A stretch of 64,000 bases of DNA from Armatimonadota bacterium. Lineage in GTDB: Bacteria > Armatimonadota > Fimbriimonadia > Fimbriimonadales > GBS-DC. The notes beneath the pieces were generated by a model. The model searched no databases and was not told the origin of the DNA. It worked only from the letters and a program-made list of their open reading frames with translations. Positions 45,493 through 53,974 of the stretch are shown here, in pieces. The stretch lies in contig JBBIJY010000010.1 of NCBI GenBank assembly GCA_037445735.1, positions 34,600-98,599 of the forward strand. The letters are read 5' to 3'. Made by a program: the position numbers and the translations under genes. Each line of letters starts with the position of its first letter. The stretch's first letter is position 1.

Positions 45493-46377
45493 TCAGGCGC
45501 CGCTCCCCACGGGCTGACCGCCAGCCTCAATAATCTGGCGGTTGCCGGGCAGTTGCTCCAGCCGACGTGCCAGCACCGACACCGTGCGCTGATGCTCGAT
45601 AAGTTCACGACACAGTTGCACGATGTAGCCGTCGGGGCGGGCTTCGATCACGAACACGCTGTCGCTCAGATAGGCGATCAGTGCGTCGCGGTAGCGACTG
45701 TTCGAGGCGACCCAGCCATCGCGCGGGCGGAACGGGCTGATTGCCAGCGCACGGGCGGGGTCGAACTCGGTGCGCCAGATCCGCGCCTGACGCAACGGCT
45801 CCCGGCGCAGGTCATCGCCGAACGCGCTCAACAGCCCCCGATCCAGCACCAGCCCGTAGGGACGATCCGACCGCAGTGCGCAGAGCAACGCCCGCTGATA
45901 GGCAGGCTGGTTGAGGCTGGTGAGGGGCACCCAGCTATTTTGCAGAAACGCCTGCGCCACCTGCTCCAGCTCGGTCAGCCCCTCCGCTGAAACGGTGTGC
46001 GACGCGAGCAGGGCGACCGTCGGCTCGCTCAACAGCGTATAGTTGCCATAGAGGAACAGGATGGCGGGCGGCTCGGGCATGCTTTCGAGCTGGCGCGGAT
46101 AGGCTGCATCCTGAAAACTGAGCCAGCGCACGCCACAGCGCGTGAGGTGCGCCTCCAGCCGTTCGGTCTCCTGAACCAGCGCGGCGCGGCTCTCCTGCAG
46201 GGTGCGAACGGCGCGTGGGGGCAGGCGATAGTCGTGCTGAAGAGTCTCCGCGGGCAATCGCAGAATCTCTTCGGGCGTCACCCGCCACACCGACTGCCGC
46301 TCCAGCAGATAGCGCAAAGTCTGCCGACCCACATCGGGCAACAAACTCAAAAAGAGCAGCCACTGACGCTCTGACAT
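45493..46377 (-). CDS. dprA: DNA-processing protein DprA-like (divergent)
   Basis: AYPRQL..PPAILFLYGN, LSDSVFVIEA, GNRQII. Confidence 0.7.
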   Translation of the reverse strand: MSERQWLLFLSLLPDVGRQTLRYLLERQSVWRVTPEEILRLPAETLQHDYRLPPRAVRTLQESRAALVQETERLEAHLTRCGVRWLSFQDAAYPRQLESMPEPPAILFLYGNYTLLSEPTVALLASHTVSAEGLTELEQVAQAFLQNSWVPLTSLNQPAYQRALLCALRSDRPYGLVLDRGLLSAFGDDLRREPLRQARIWRTEFDPARALAISPFRPRDGWVASNSRYRDALIAYLSDSVFVIEARPDGYIVQLCRELIEHQRTVSVLARRLEQLPGNRQIIEAGGQPVGSGA

Positions 46378-46393
46378 CTTATTGATCAGCACC

Positions 46394-46743
46394 TCACAAA
46401 GGGAGCCATATCACTCTGTTTTCGAGCTCTTCGGGAAAGCTGGCTACAAGTAGGAGCTCCAGATCAGACGTCCTATCGGCAAATCCTGCGGCACGATGAC
46501 CACACCTGGCACAGATAGTCCCCGCTGTAGACGCTCAAACACCAGAGGGGGTATGGAAACCTTATCGTGGGTCAGGAGTATTCGTCCCTCAGTGGCGGCA
46601 CGCTCTAAGATGCCTTCATCAGGTTCCTCCGCCAGACCCAGTTCCTGCGCTGTGACAATATCTAAGTCTCTAAGCCGACGGAGCAGTCCCTGCACGATGA
46701 GTCGATTGAAGTTTGTGTCCGCCATGACCTTGATAGTTCTCAT
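46394..46743 (-). pseudogene. DUF5615 PIN-like toxin, frameshifted near the C-terminus
   Basis: DEGILERAATEGRILLTHD; a family-like tail LELLLVASFPEELENRVIWLPL* lies in another frame. Confidence 0.7.
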
Positions 46744-47117
46744 CCCTTCGCTTTGTCTGACTTTTGCTGGGCTTGGAGCCGTCGATAGCGTTTGAGCAGT
46801 CGCTGGCGCAGGTTGCGGGCAGGATGGAGCATCTCCCACTGCCTTCGGTTCTCTTCTCCCACACGCTCCACCGCCTCCAGATAAGCGTCCAGCACCTCGC
46901 GATTATGCAAATAGCATGTCACAATCGTATACACATCTTCCAGCTGAAGCATGGGATATTGCATGGCAATCTCTTCGGGCGTGTATCCCTGCTGGAAGGC
47001 TATCAGCACCGTCTCCAGCGGGATTCGCGTGCGCCCGACCCGAATCATGCCGCGCTCATCAACGCGGAGCGGCAGTGATGGTGTAGTTAACTGTTCCAGT
47101 ACGCGCCTCGCATCCAT
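46740..47117 (-). CDS. DUF433 antitoxin-like protein
   Basis: RVGRTRIPLETV..GYTPEEI..YP.L..EDVY. Confidence 0.88.
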   Translation of the reverse strand: MDARRVLEQLTTPSLPLRVDERGMIRVGRTRIPLETVLIAFQQGYTPEEIAMQYPMLQLEDVYTIVTCYLHNREVLDAYLEAVERVGEENRRQWEMLHPARNLRQRLLKRYRRLQAQQKSDKAKG

Positions 47118-47143
47118 ACTTTTCAGGATACCTTAAGCCGAGC

Positions 47144-49306
47144 CTACTCTTGAATGATTTGATGATAGCGGGCAAGCCAGTAGGGGAGCAGGAAGGCGGT
47201 GCCGTCGTCTTCGCTGCGTCCGAGCGGGTCGCCCCCATCGAGCCGATAGGGGTTGCCGTTCCAGCGCATCACTGCCCGCTCGCTGTAGGGCAGCACCTCC
47301 ACCGATTGCCACTCGCCGAATCGACCCCGATTCACATCGAGTGTGATGTCCCGCCGATGGCTGTTGCGACATTCATAGTTGCGCAGGTCTAACGGCCACT
47401 CCTGCAGGGTCTGCACGGCAACCTCCACATCACATGGCTTGCCCGTTACCGCGCCGTAAATGAAGTTAAACAGCGGGCTGCGTTCGGGGCGCTCAATCTG
47501 CCAGCTGCGCTCCAGGCTCATCAGCCACAGCCGCCGATAGGTCGGATCGCGCTCATACAGCAACAGCGGATAGTAGCACAGGAACGCCAGCTGATCATCG
47601 GAGTGATTGATTTCGTAGGGCGGCAGCATCTTCTGCGTGACGGCGTTCAACAGGTAGTGATGCTCGCGAATCAGCTGCTCATAGGCTTGCTGATATTTCG
47701 TGTCGCCCGTGATGTGAAGGGCGACCTTCAGATGGGAGAGAATAGAAAGCGCGTTCAGCCCGCGCTCCTCCTCCCACAGCGGGTCCTCGTTCAGCGATTC
47801 GGGATTGAAGATTGCCCAGCGGGTGGGCTTGCCATCCTTATCGATCAGGCGCCAGTTGTTCTGCATCAGGTGGTCGGTAACGCGGCGCACGACACCCCGA
47901 ATCGCTTCCTTCTCTTTCGCGTCTGCTACCAGGTCATAATAGATTGCCCAGATGAAGTAGTGCCCGTCCAGCTCGTCGGAGCTGGTGTCGCCCTTCCAGA
48001 TGTAGTTGGGGTCGACGGGCGATTCGTGCCACTCACCAGACGATTGGTGATAGCGCGTTTCGCTTTTATGGATGATGCTGCGGGCGGGGAAGCCAGGAAT
48101 GCCCGTGAGCCGTTCCAGCTCCAGCAGGGCGTGCATGGAGCGTCGGGCGCGCTCGCGAGCCTGCTGGTCGCCTGTGGCAGCATACTGGAAGCACTGCGCG
48201 GCACAATAGAGCGCGGTCCACAGCCCGTCGTTATCGCTTGCTTCAATCTTCCAGCCATCGGGGTCGTTCGGGTTGTCCCAGTCGCAGCTGGTGACGAAGC
48301 CGTTGCGGTTGTGGCGCAGGGCGATCAGGCGTTCGTAATGTTCCGCCTTCTCGCGCAGGGTCATGCGCACCGATTCGATGCAGGCAAGCCCGTTCGTGGT
48401 GGCAATCCATGCGCGGTTGCGTGAATCGACGGCAATCGCCTGAACACGATTATCGGGCAGCCAGCGTTTGCCCCAGAAGTAGCTCCATTTGCCGTCGCGC
48501 AGTCGGCATGCGCCTTCAGGCGTGCCGAGCCACAGGTCGCCGTTGGGTGCAAATGCCAGACAGCGCGCTTCGCCGTAGGGCGGACCGCCCTCTCTGCCCT
48601 CGCGGGGCAGCCACCAGCCGTCGCCATCGCCCAGCAATAGCCCCGTGCGCGTGCCAATCCACAGATGCCCCGATGCGTCGCTGAGGGCGCACAGCCAGCG
48701 GTCGTCATAGTATCGCCCGCGATTGTCACGGATGCCGACAGCCTGCCAGCGCCCTGTCGCTTTGTCAAGCCGATAGAGGGCGCGCTCCAGCTCGCCTTCC
48801 GTGAAGGCAAACAGGCGTCCCCGCGCATCCTCCACCAGCCAGTGGAAGTATCGGGCAGGTGGCGGCGCATAACGCGCACGGACGCCATCCCGAAAATGAA
48901 TCAGCTCATCGGCATAGAGGAGCCAGACACCGCCCTCCTGCGCCGCATACACCCCTCTCAGCGGCGACGCGGATTCATAAATGCGTTCAGGTCGGTCAGG
49001 TGATGGGAGCCGCCAGAGCGTCTGTTCGTTCGCGGCGTAGAGCGTGTTGCTCATGGGGTCGACAGCGAGCCAGCGGATGGGCGCGTTCAGCACCATTTGC
49101 CAGTGCGGCGAATCGAGCGGGGCGTGCGCCAGCCCCTTCGCCGTGCCCACCCAGAGCGTGTCGCCCGTAATACATAGCGCGTGAATATTCGCGTCTGGAA
49201 TGCCATGCTCAGCACCAAAAAAGTGGCTCCTGTCCTGCCAGTAGGGTTGCAGAGTGTAAGTGTTGCCCATCATGCTCACCGCCAGCATCGTCGCGCTCAC
49301 CAGCAT
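47144..49306 (-). CDS. Beta-propeller (regulator-propeller repeats) + alpha/alpha-barrel glycoside-hydrolase-like protein
   Basis: LWVGT/LWIGT/LWLGT repeats; SDNDGLWT, GFPAR, WKGDTSSDE; start uncertain. Confidence 0.6.
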   Translation of the reverse strand: MLVSATMLAVSMMGNTYTLQPYWQDRSHFFGAEHGIPDANIHALCITGDTLWVGTAKGLAHAPLDSPHWQMVLNAPIRWLAVDPMSNTLYAANEQTLWRLPSPDRPERIYESASPLRGVYAAQEGGVWLLYADELIHFRDGVRARYAPPPARYFHWLVEDARGRLFAFTEGELERALYRLDKATGRWQAVGIRDNRGRYYDDRWLCALSDASGHLWIGTRTGLLLGDGDGWWLPREGREGGPPYGEARCLAFAPNGDLWLGTPEGACRLRDGKWSYFWGKRWLPDNRVQAIAVDSRNRAWIATTNGLACIESVRMTLREKAEHYERLIALRHNRNGFVTSCDWDNPNDPDGWKIEASDNDGLWTALYCAAQCFQYAATGDQQARERARRSMHALLELERLTGIPGFPARSIIHKSETRYHQSSGEWHESPVDPNYIWKGDTSSDELDGHYFIWAIYYDLVADAKEKEAIRGVVRRVTDHLMQNNWRLIDKDGKPTRWAIFNPESLNEDPLWEEERGLNALSILSHLKVALHITGDTKYQQAYEQLIREHHYLLNAVTQKMLPPYEINHSDDQLAFLCYYPLLLYERDPTYRRLWLMSLERSWQIERPERSPLFNFIYGAVTGKPCDVEVAVQTLQEWPLDLRNYECRNSHRRDITLDVNRGRFGEWQSVEVLPYSERAVMRWNGNPYRLDGGDPLGRSEDDGTAFLLPYWLARYHQIIQE

Positions 49307-49361
49307 GGTTGCCACTTTTTCGGGCCTGGGGCGCCTTTTCCTGCTGCCGCCCCAAGCCCCT

Positions 49362-49533
49362 GAGGCTGTTCGAAAAATCCAACCAGAGGAAAGTCTGCCC
49401 CTCACCCCGACCCTCTCCCCAGCGGGGAGAGGGAGAAACGAAGCCCCTCTCCCCCGCCTGCGGGGGAGAGGGTACGGGTGAGGGGGCTTCACACAGGCGA
49501 ATCGGATGCCCGCGAATTTTCGAACACCCTCCT
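49362..49533. mobile_element. MITE-like element containing the palindromic repeat pair
   Basis: Imperfect terminal inverted repeats gaggctgttcgaaaaatc / gaattttcgaacaccctc; flanking direct repeat AAGCCCCT at 49354-61 and 49534-41. Confidence 0.6.
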
Positions 49534-49540
49534 AAGCCCC

Positions 49541-49570
49541 TTGACATTTAGCCACGCTAAGGGGTATATT
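49541..49570 (+). promoter_or_regulatory. feo promoter with a palindromic operator
   Basis: TTGACA-N18-TATATT with TTAGC-cac-GCTAA in the spacer (DtxR/MntR-like box). Confidence 0.65.
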
Positions 49571-49578
49571 TATGGAAA

Positions 49579-50160
49579 ATGGCGCAGGCACTGGTTACCG
49601 AACGAGGGCAGACAGGGCGCGGCGGCACTCGCCGAACGCCCTTGCTGGTCATCACGGGTCAGCCGAATGTGGGCAAAAGCGTGCTGTTCCACCGCCTCAC
49701 AGGACGCTATGTGACGGTCTCCAACTATCCGGGCACCACCGTCGAGATCACGCGCGGCAGCATGCACTATAACGGGCACACCTTCACCGTGATCGATTCG
49801 CCCGGCTTGTATTCGCTAAACCCCATCACCGATGAGGAGCGCGTGGCACGGCGCATCCTGCTGCAGGAGCGCCCCGATCTGGTGCTGCATGTGGTGGACG
49901 CGAAGAATCTTGCTCGCATGCTGCCGCTCACGCTCCAGCTGATTGAACTGGGGCTGCCCACCATTCTGGTGCTGAACATGATGGACGAGCTGGAGAGGGC
50001 AGGCTTGCAGATTGCAGTGGAGTCGTTGAGCCAGCAGCTGGCGATTCCTGTGGTGCCGACGGTTTGCCTCACGGGGCGCGGTATTGCCGAGCTGAAGGAG
50101 CAAATCTATGCGCAACTCTGTGGTCGAGACGGTTCCGCTCCGCTATCCGCCAGCGATTGA
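49579..50160 (+). CDS. feoB: FeoB GTPase domain (split FeoB, N-part)
   Basis: GQPNVGKS, SNYPGTTV, DSPG, NMMD. Confidence 0.9.
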   Translation: MAQALVTERGQTGRGGTRRTPLLVITGQPNVGKSVLFHRLTGRYVTVSNYPGTTVEITRGSMHYNGHTFTVIDSPGLYSLNPITDEERVARRILLQERPDLVLHVVDAKNLARMLPLTLQLIELGLPTILVLNMMDELERAGLQIAVESLSQQLAIPVVPTVCLTGRGIAELKEQIYAQLCGRDGSAPLSASD

Positions 50161-51586
50161 GAGCGCGATGGGGGAGATTGCGGCACTTCTGCGCGGGTCT
50201 TACGCGCTGAGCGAGCGCACGCTGGCGTTGCTGCTCCTTCAGAACGACCCCGAAATCTGGGAAATAGTTCGGCTTCAAGAAACGCCCGCCACGCTGGAGC
50301 GCATTCGCGCCTTGTGCGAGCGTCTGCACGCCACCAGCGAGACGCCCCTCGCCTGGCAAATCGAGCAGCAGCGCCAGCAGTTAAGCCAGCAGATTGCCGA
50401 TGCCGTGATCTCGCCAGCGTCGGACGCTGCCGCGCGCCCGCGCCGCACGCTCAGTGACCATATCGGCTGGCTCTGCATGAATCCCTGGACTGGCTTGCCG
50501 ATTCTTGCGCTGGTGCTCTATTTCGGGCTGTATCAGTTCGTGGGCGTGTTCGGCGCGGGCACGGTGGTCGACTGGCTGGAGAACGGTCTCTTCGGGCAAT
50601 ATATCAACCCGTTTGTGGAGCGGCTGGTGCGCGCGGTGGTGCCGTGGGAGCCGATTCGGGCGTTGCTGGTGGGCGAGTACGGCGTGTGGACGCTGGGTGT
50701 CACCTATGCTATCGCGCTCATTTTGCCGATTGTCACTTTCTTTTTCCTGGTGTTCGCGGTGCTGGAGGACACGGGCTATCTGCCGCGCCTGGCGATGCTG
50801 ATCGATCGGGCGTTCAAGTGGCTGGGTTTGAACGGGCGGGCGGTGATCCCGATTGTGCTGGGGTTCGGCTGCGACACGATGGCGACGGTGGTGACGCGCA
50901 CGCTGGAGACCCGTCGCGAGCGGGTGCTGACCACCTTTTTGCTGACGCTGGCGATCCCCTGCTCGGCTCAGCTGGGCGTGGTGCTGGCGCTGCTATCGGC
51001 TCATCCGCGCGGATTGCTCATCTGGGCGGGCGTGCTGGTGACTGTGTTTCTGGTGATTGGCTGGCTGGCGGCGCGGGTGCTGCCGGGCAAGCCGATGCCG
51101 TTCTATATGGAGCTGCCGCCGATGCGCCTGCCGAGCCTCTCCAATGTGCTGCTGAAGACGCTGGCACGCCTGCACTGGTACTTCCTGGAGGTGTTGCCGC
51201 TCTTTCTATTAGCGAGCGTGCTGATCTGGGTGGGGCAGCTCACGGGTTTATTTGACCTGGCGGTGCGCCTGATGACGCCGTTCGTGCAGGCGCTCACCCT
51301 GCCAGCGGAGACCGCGGTGGCGTTCCTGTTTGGTTTCTTCCGTCGCGATTACGGGGCGGCGGGGCTGTATCGGCTCAATGAGCAGGGGCTGCTCACGGGC
51401 AACCAGCTGCTGGTGGCAGCAGTGGTGCTGACGCTGTTCGTGCCCTGTGTCGCGCAGTTCCTGGTGACCATTAAGGAGCGTGGCTGGCGGGCAGCCGTGG
51501 TGATGTTTCTGCTGGCGTTCGGCATCGCGTGGCTGACGGGGCTGGTGCTGGCGCATGCACTGGCATGGCTGGGGGTGAGGGTGTGA
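50108..51586 (+). CDS. feoB: FeoB transmembrane/gate domain (split FeoB, C-part)
   Basis: AAGGAG RBS; LEDTGYLPRLA, LGFGC, IPCSAQ, MELPP, FVPCVA. Confidence 0.9.
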   Translation: MRNSVVETVPLRYPPAIESAMGEIAALLRGSYALSERTLALLLLQNDPEIWEIVRLQETPATLERIRALCERLHATSETPLAWQIEQQRQQLSQQIADAVISPASDAAARPRRTLSDHIGWLCMNPWTGLPILALVLYFGLYQFVGVFGAGTVVDWLENGLFGQYINPFVERLVRAVVPWEPIRALLVGEYGVWTLGVTYAIALILPIVTFFFLVFAVLEDTGYLPRLAMLIDRAFKWLGLNGRAVIPIVLGFGCDTMATVVTRTLETRRERVLTTFLLTLAIPCSAQLGVVLALLSAHPRGLLIWAGVLVTVFLVIGWLAARVLPGKPMPFYMELPPMRLPSLSNVLLKTLARLHWYFLEVLPLFLLASVLIWVGQLTGLFDLAVRLMTPFVQALTLPAETAVAFLFGFFRRDYGAAGLYRLNEQGLLTGNQLLVAAVVLTLFVPCVAQFLVTIKERGWRAAVVMFLLAFGIAWLTGLVLAHALAWLGVRV

Positions 51587-51777
51587 GATATTGCGCGTTT
51601 TGCGGGCAGGCGCTGGACCAGCAGGCGATTGAGAAGGCGTGTCGGGGCTGCGGCGCGTTCGGCGGCTGCCACCTGATCAAGTGCCCCTCCTGCGGCTACG
51701 AGCAGCCACAGGAACCCCAGTGGCTCCAGCGGCTGGTGGAGTGGGCGAAGCGCCGCCGCAAGGAGCCATCGCGATGA
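51583..51777 (+). CDS. Small Cys-rich (Zn/Fe-S ribbon) Feo-associated protein
   Basis: CAFC..CRGC..GC..KCPSCG; GTG overlaps the feoB stop. Confidence 0.7.
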   Translation: MRYCAFCGQALDQQAIEKACRGCGAFGGCHLIKCPSCGYEQPQEPQWLQRLVEWAKRRRKEPSR

Positions 51778-51995
51778 TACCGCTCACCCGATTGCGCACA
51801 GGCGAAACGGCGCGAATCGTGCGAATCGAGCCCGATTTGGAAGGGCACTGGCGCAAGCTCACGGCGCTGGGCATCTGCCCTGGCGCCGTGCTGTGCCTCG
51901 TGCAACGATTCCCGACCTATGTGCTGCAGATTGGCTGCTCCACCATCGCCATCGATCGCCAGCTGGCTTGCCAGATCGAGGTGGAGCGGCTGTAG
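51774..51995 (+). CDS. feoA: Ferrous iron transport protein A
   Basis: LTRLRTGETARI..KLTALGICPG..IAID. Confidence 0.88.
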   Translation: MIPLTRLRTGETARIVRIEPDLEGHWRKLTALGICPGAVLCLVQRFPTYVLQIGCSTIAIDRQLACQIEVERL

Positions 51996-52000
51996 CCGCC

Positions 52001-52090
52001 CTACCAGATGTCCTCCAGCGCATCGCGGAGCAGGTTATAGGCGCCCACGATGCAGGCGGCTGCCACCACTAATGCCAGTGCGGATAACAT
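52001..52090 (-). CDS. 29-aa small membrane peptide
   Basis: GGGAGGTG RBS; MLSALALVVAAACIVGAYNLLRDALEDIW*. Confidence 0.45.
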   Translation of the reverse strand: MLSALALVVAAACIVGAYNLLRDALEDIW

Positions 52091-52238
52091 CGTCGGTCAG
52101 CACCTCCCCTGAAAGGATGGGCGCAGGGGTCTCCCACGCCCTCTGAAGGGAATGCTTCCCGATGGGGTGCTGCACCGCCTAAGTGAGATTGCGGGTTTCG
52201 AGCCACTGGATTCACAGGCAGGATGCCCTGCTACGGGG

Positions 52239-52886
52239 CTACAGGAAGGGGTTCGTGGCGCGTTCGACGCCGACGGTGCTGATGGAGCCGTGCCCTGGTA
52301 GAAGGATGGTATCGTCGGGCAGGGTCAGCACGCGCGTGTGCAGATGCGCCAGCAGGGTCTGGTGGTCGGAATAGGGGATGTCGGTGCGCCCGATGCTGCC
52401 CGCGAAGATGGCGTCGCCGCAAAACAGGTGCAACGGCTCCGCCTTCAACAGGAAGCCGAGATGGTCGGGTGAATGCCCCCGCAACGCCAGCACTTCAAAC
52501 TGCAGCGCGCCCACCTGAAACGAGTCGCCCTCCTGCAAAAATCGATCGGGCACAGGCACGGGTTCACCCACCGACAGACCGACATAGGCAGCATGTTCGT
52601 GCGCGTAGCGTGCCCAGGCGTCCCACTCACCGCGCGACATCCAGAAGGGCGTACCCGTCAACCGCTTCAGATGAGGCACACCCATCACATGGTCAAAATG
52701 CCCGTGCGTCGCTAACAGCAGGGCGACCGACGCCTGGTGCGCTTGCAGGCGTGCGACAACCTGCTCCGGCTCGCCGCCGGGGTCAATCACCACCGCCTGA
52801 CGGCTGGCTCGCTCAATCACCAGATAGCAGTTCGCCTGCAACGGTCCCAGTGTCAGCGTCTCAATAATGAAAGGCGGCTCACTCAT
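52239..52886 (-). CDS. MBL-fold metallo-hydrolase (glyoxalase II-like)
   Basis: THGHFDH, GHSPDH, GDAIF.GSIGRTD, PGHG. Confidence 0.92.
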   Translation of the reverse strand: MSEPPFIIETLTLGPLQANCYLVIERASRQAVVIDPGGEPEQVVARLQAHQASVALLLATHGHFDHVMGVPHLKRLTGTPFWMSRGEWDAWARYAHEHAAYVGLSVGEPVPVPDRFLQEGDSFQVGALQFEVLALRGHSPDHLGFLLKAEPLHLFCGDAIFAGSIGRTDIPYSDHQTLLAHLHTRVLTLPDDTILLPGHGSISTVGVERATNPFL

Positions 52887-53096
52887 AGCGATTCGGGACA
52901 GGACAGTTTCACCTGCAAAGCATACCTCACCGACGGCGGGAGATGGACGGTCAATCGGGAATCGATAAGTGGTGTCTCGAGGGGCGCGTCTGCTGGTGAT
53001 GGGGCTGTTATTGCCTGGCGGTGGGCTGCTGTATGCGCCGCACCTCACCGCGCCCTTCGTGTCGGATGATTACTTTATCTTTCTGCGTGTGCGATA

Positions 53097-53124
53097 GGGG
53101 GCATGGGCGGTTGCCCATGCCCCT
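53097..53124. terminator. Hairpin downstream of the 53132 gene
   Basis: ggggcatgggc-ggtt-gcccatgcccc. Confidence 0.6.
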
Positions 53125-53131
53125 GAGCGGT

Positions 53132-53920
53132 TTAGCCGCCCGTGCCGAAGTTGAACAGCACGGTCAGCAGGTCAGCGTCGTCCACGATGCCGTCACCGTT
53201 GGTGTCTTCGGCTGGGCTGTTGGTACCGAAGGCGAACAGCACCGCCAGCAGGTCGGCGTCATCCACCACGCAGTCGCCATTCACATTGCCCAGCGACCTG
53301 GGGATGCCGCCGCCGTAGCCAACCCAGTCCATATTGAACACGCGCGCGGTAGCGGCAAACTGCTGCTGCGGCACGCAGAACAGGTAGCCGTCAACGCGCA
53401 GCACATTGTAGGTGTCGCCCCCGTTCGGCACGATTCGCAGCGTGACATTCTGCTGAAGTTGATTCAGCGGGTCGGGCTGACAGCTGATGCGCGTGACCTG
53501 CCCCTGCAGTGTGCCCTGCACGCTGGTAATCAGCACATTCACGGTCGCGCCGATGTCGACGGTGATGCAGTCGTTGAGGGTAAGCGAGCCGCTCCAGCGC
53601 ACGATTGCGGTCGTGCCGTTATCGGAGATCACACTGGCAATCAGCGGCACCTGATAGTTCAACCCCACATCGGGCAGCAGCTGTGCCAGATCGAGCAGCA
53701 CATCGAGCGCAAGCCCATCGTTGTTGAGGTCCTGCAGGGTGAACGCAACGGGATCACTGGCACTGAATGTGCCCGACTGACTGATAGCGCCCGTGATTTC
53801 GTAGTTCCCGCTCAGGAACCGCCAGCTGACGGAGCCACCGCGCTCCAGCTCATCGGCGATCTGCGCCGTTGCTATGCTCAACGCCAGCACAAAAACAGCC
53901 CACAGGCTTATTGTTCGCAT
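53132..53920 (-). CDS. Secreted protein with C-terminal dockerin-like (DDADLL) domain
   Basis: Signal peptide; GNVNGDCVVDDADLL..DTNGDGIVDDADLL..FNFG. Confidence 0.8.
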   Translation of the reverse strand: MRTISLWAVFVLALSIATAQIADELERGGSVSWRFLSGNYEITGAISQSGTFSASDPVAFTLQDLNNDGLALDVLLDLAQLLPDVGLNYQVPLIASVISDNGTTAIVRWSGSLTLNDCITVDIGATVNVLITSVQGTLQGQVTRISCQPDPLNQLQQNVTLRIVPNGGDTYNVLRVDGYLFCVPQQQFAATARVFNMDWVGYGGGIPRSLGNVNGDCVVDDADLLAVLFAFGTNSPAEDTNGDGIVDDADLLTVLFNFGTGG

Positions 53921-53974
53921 TGCATTGACCTCCCTTCGTCGTGTTTGCCCCTGCACTTGCAGGTGGCATTTTAT

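Noticed and set aside
49307-49492. N-terminal extension of the 47144 gene
   Set aside because: It is a translation of the MITE-like repeat; the start is more likely at or after 49306.
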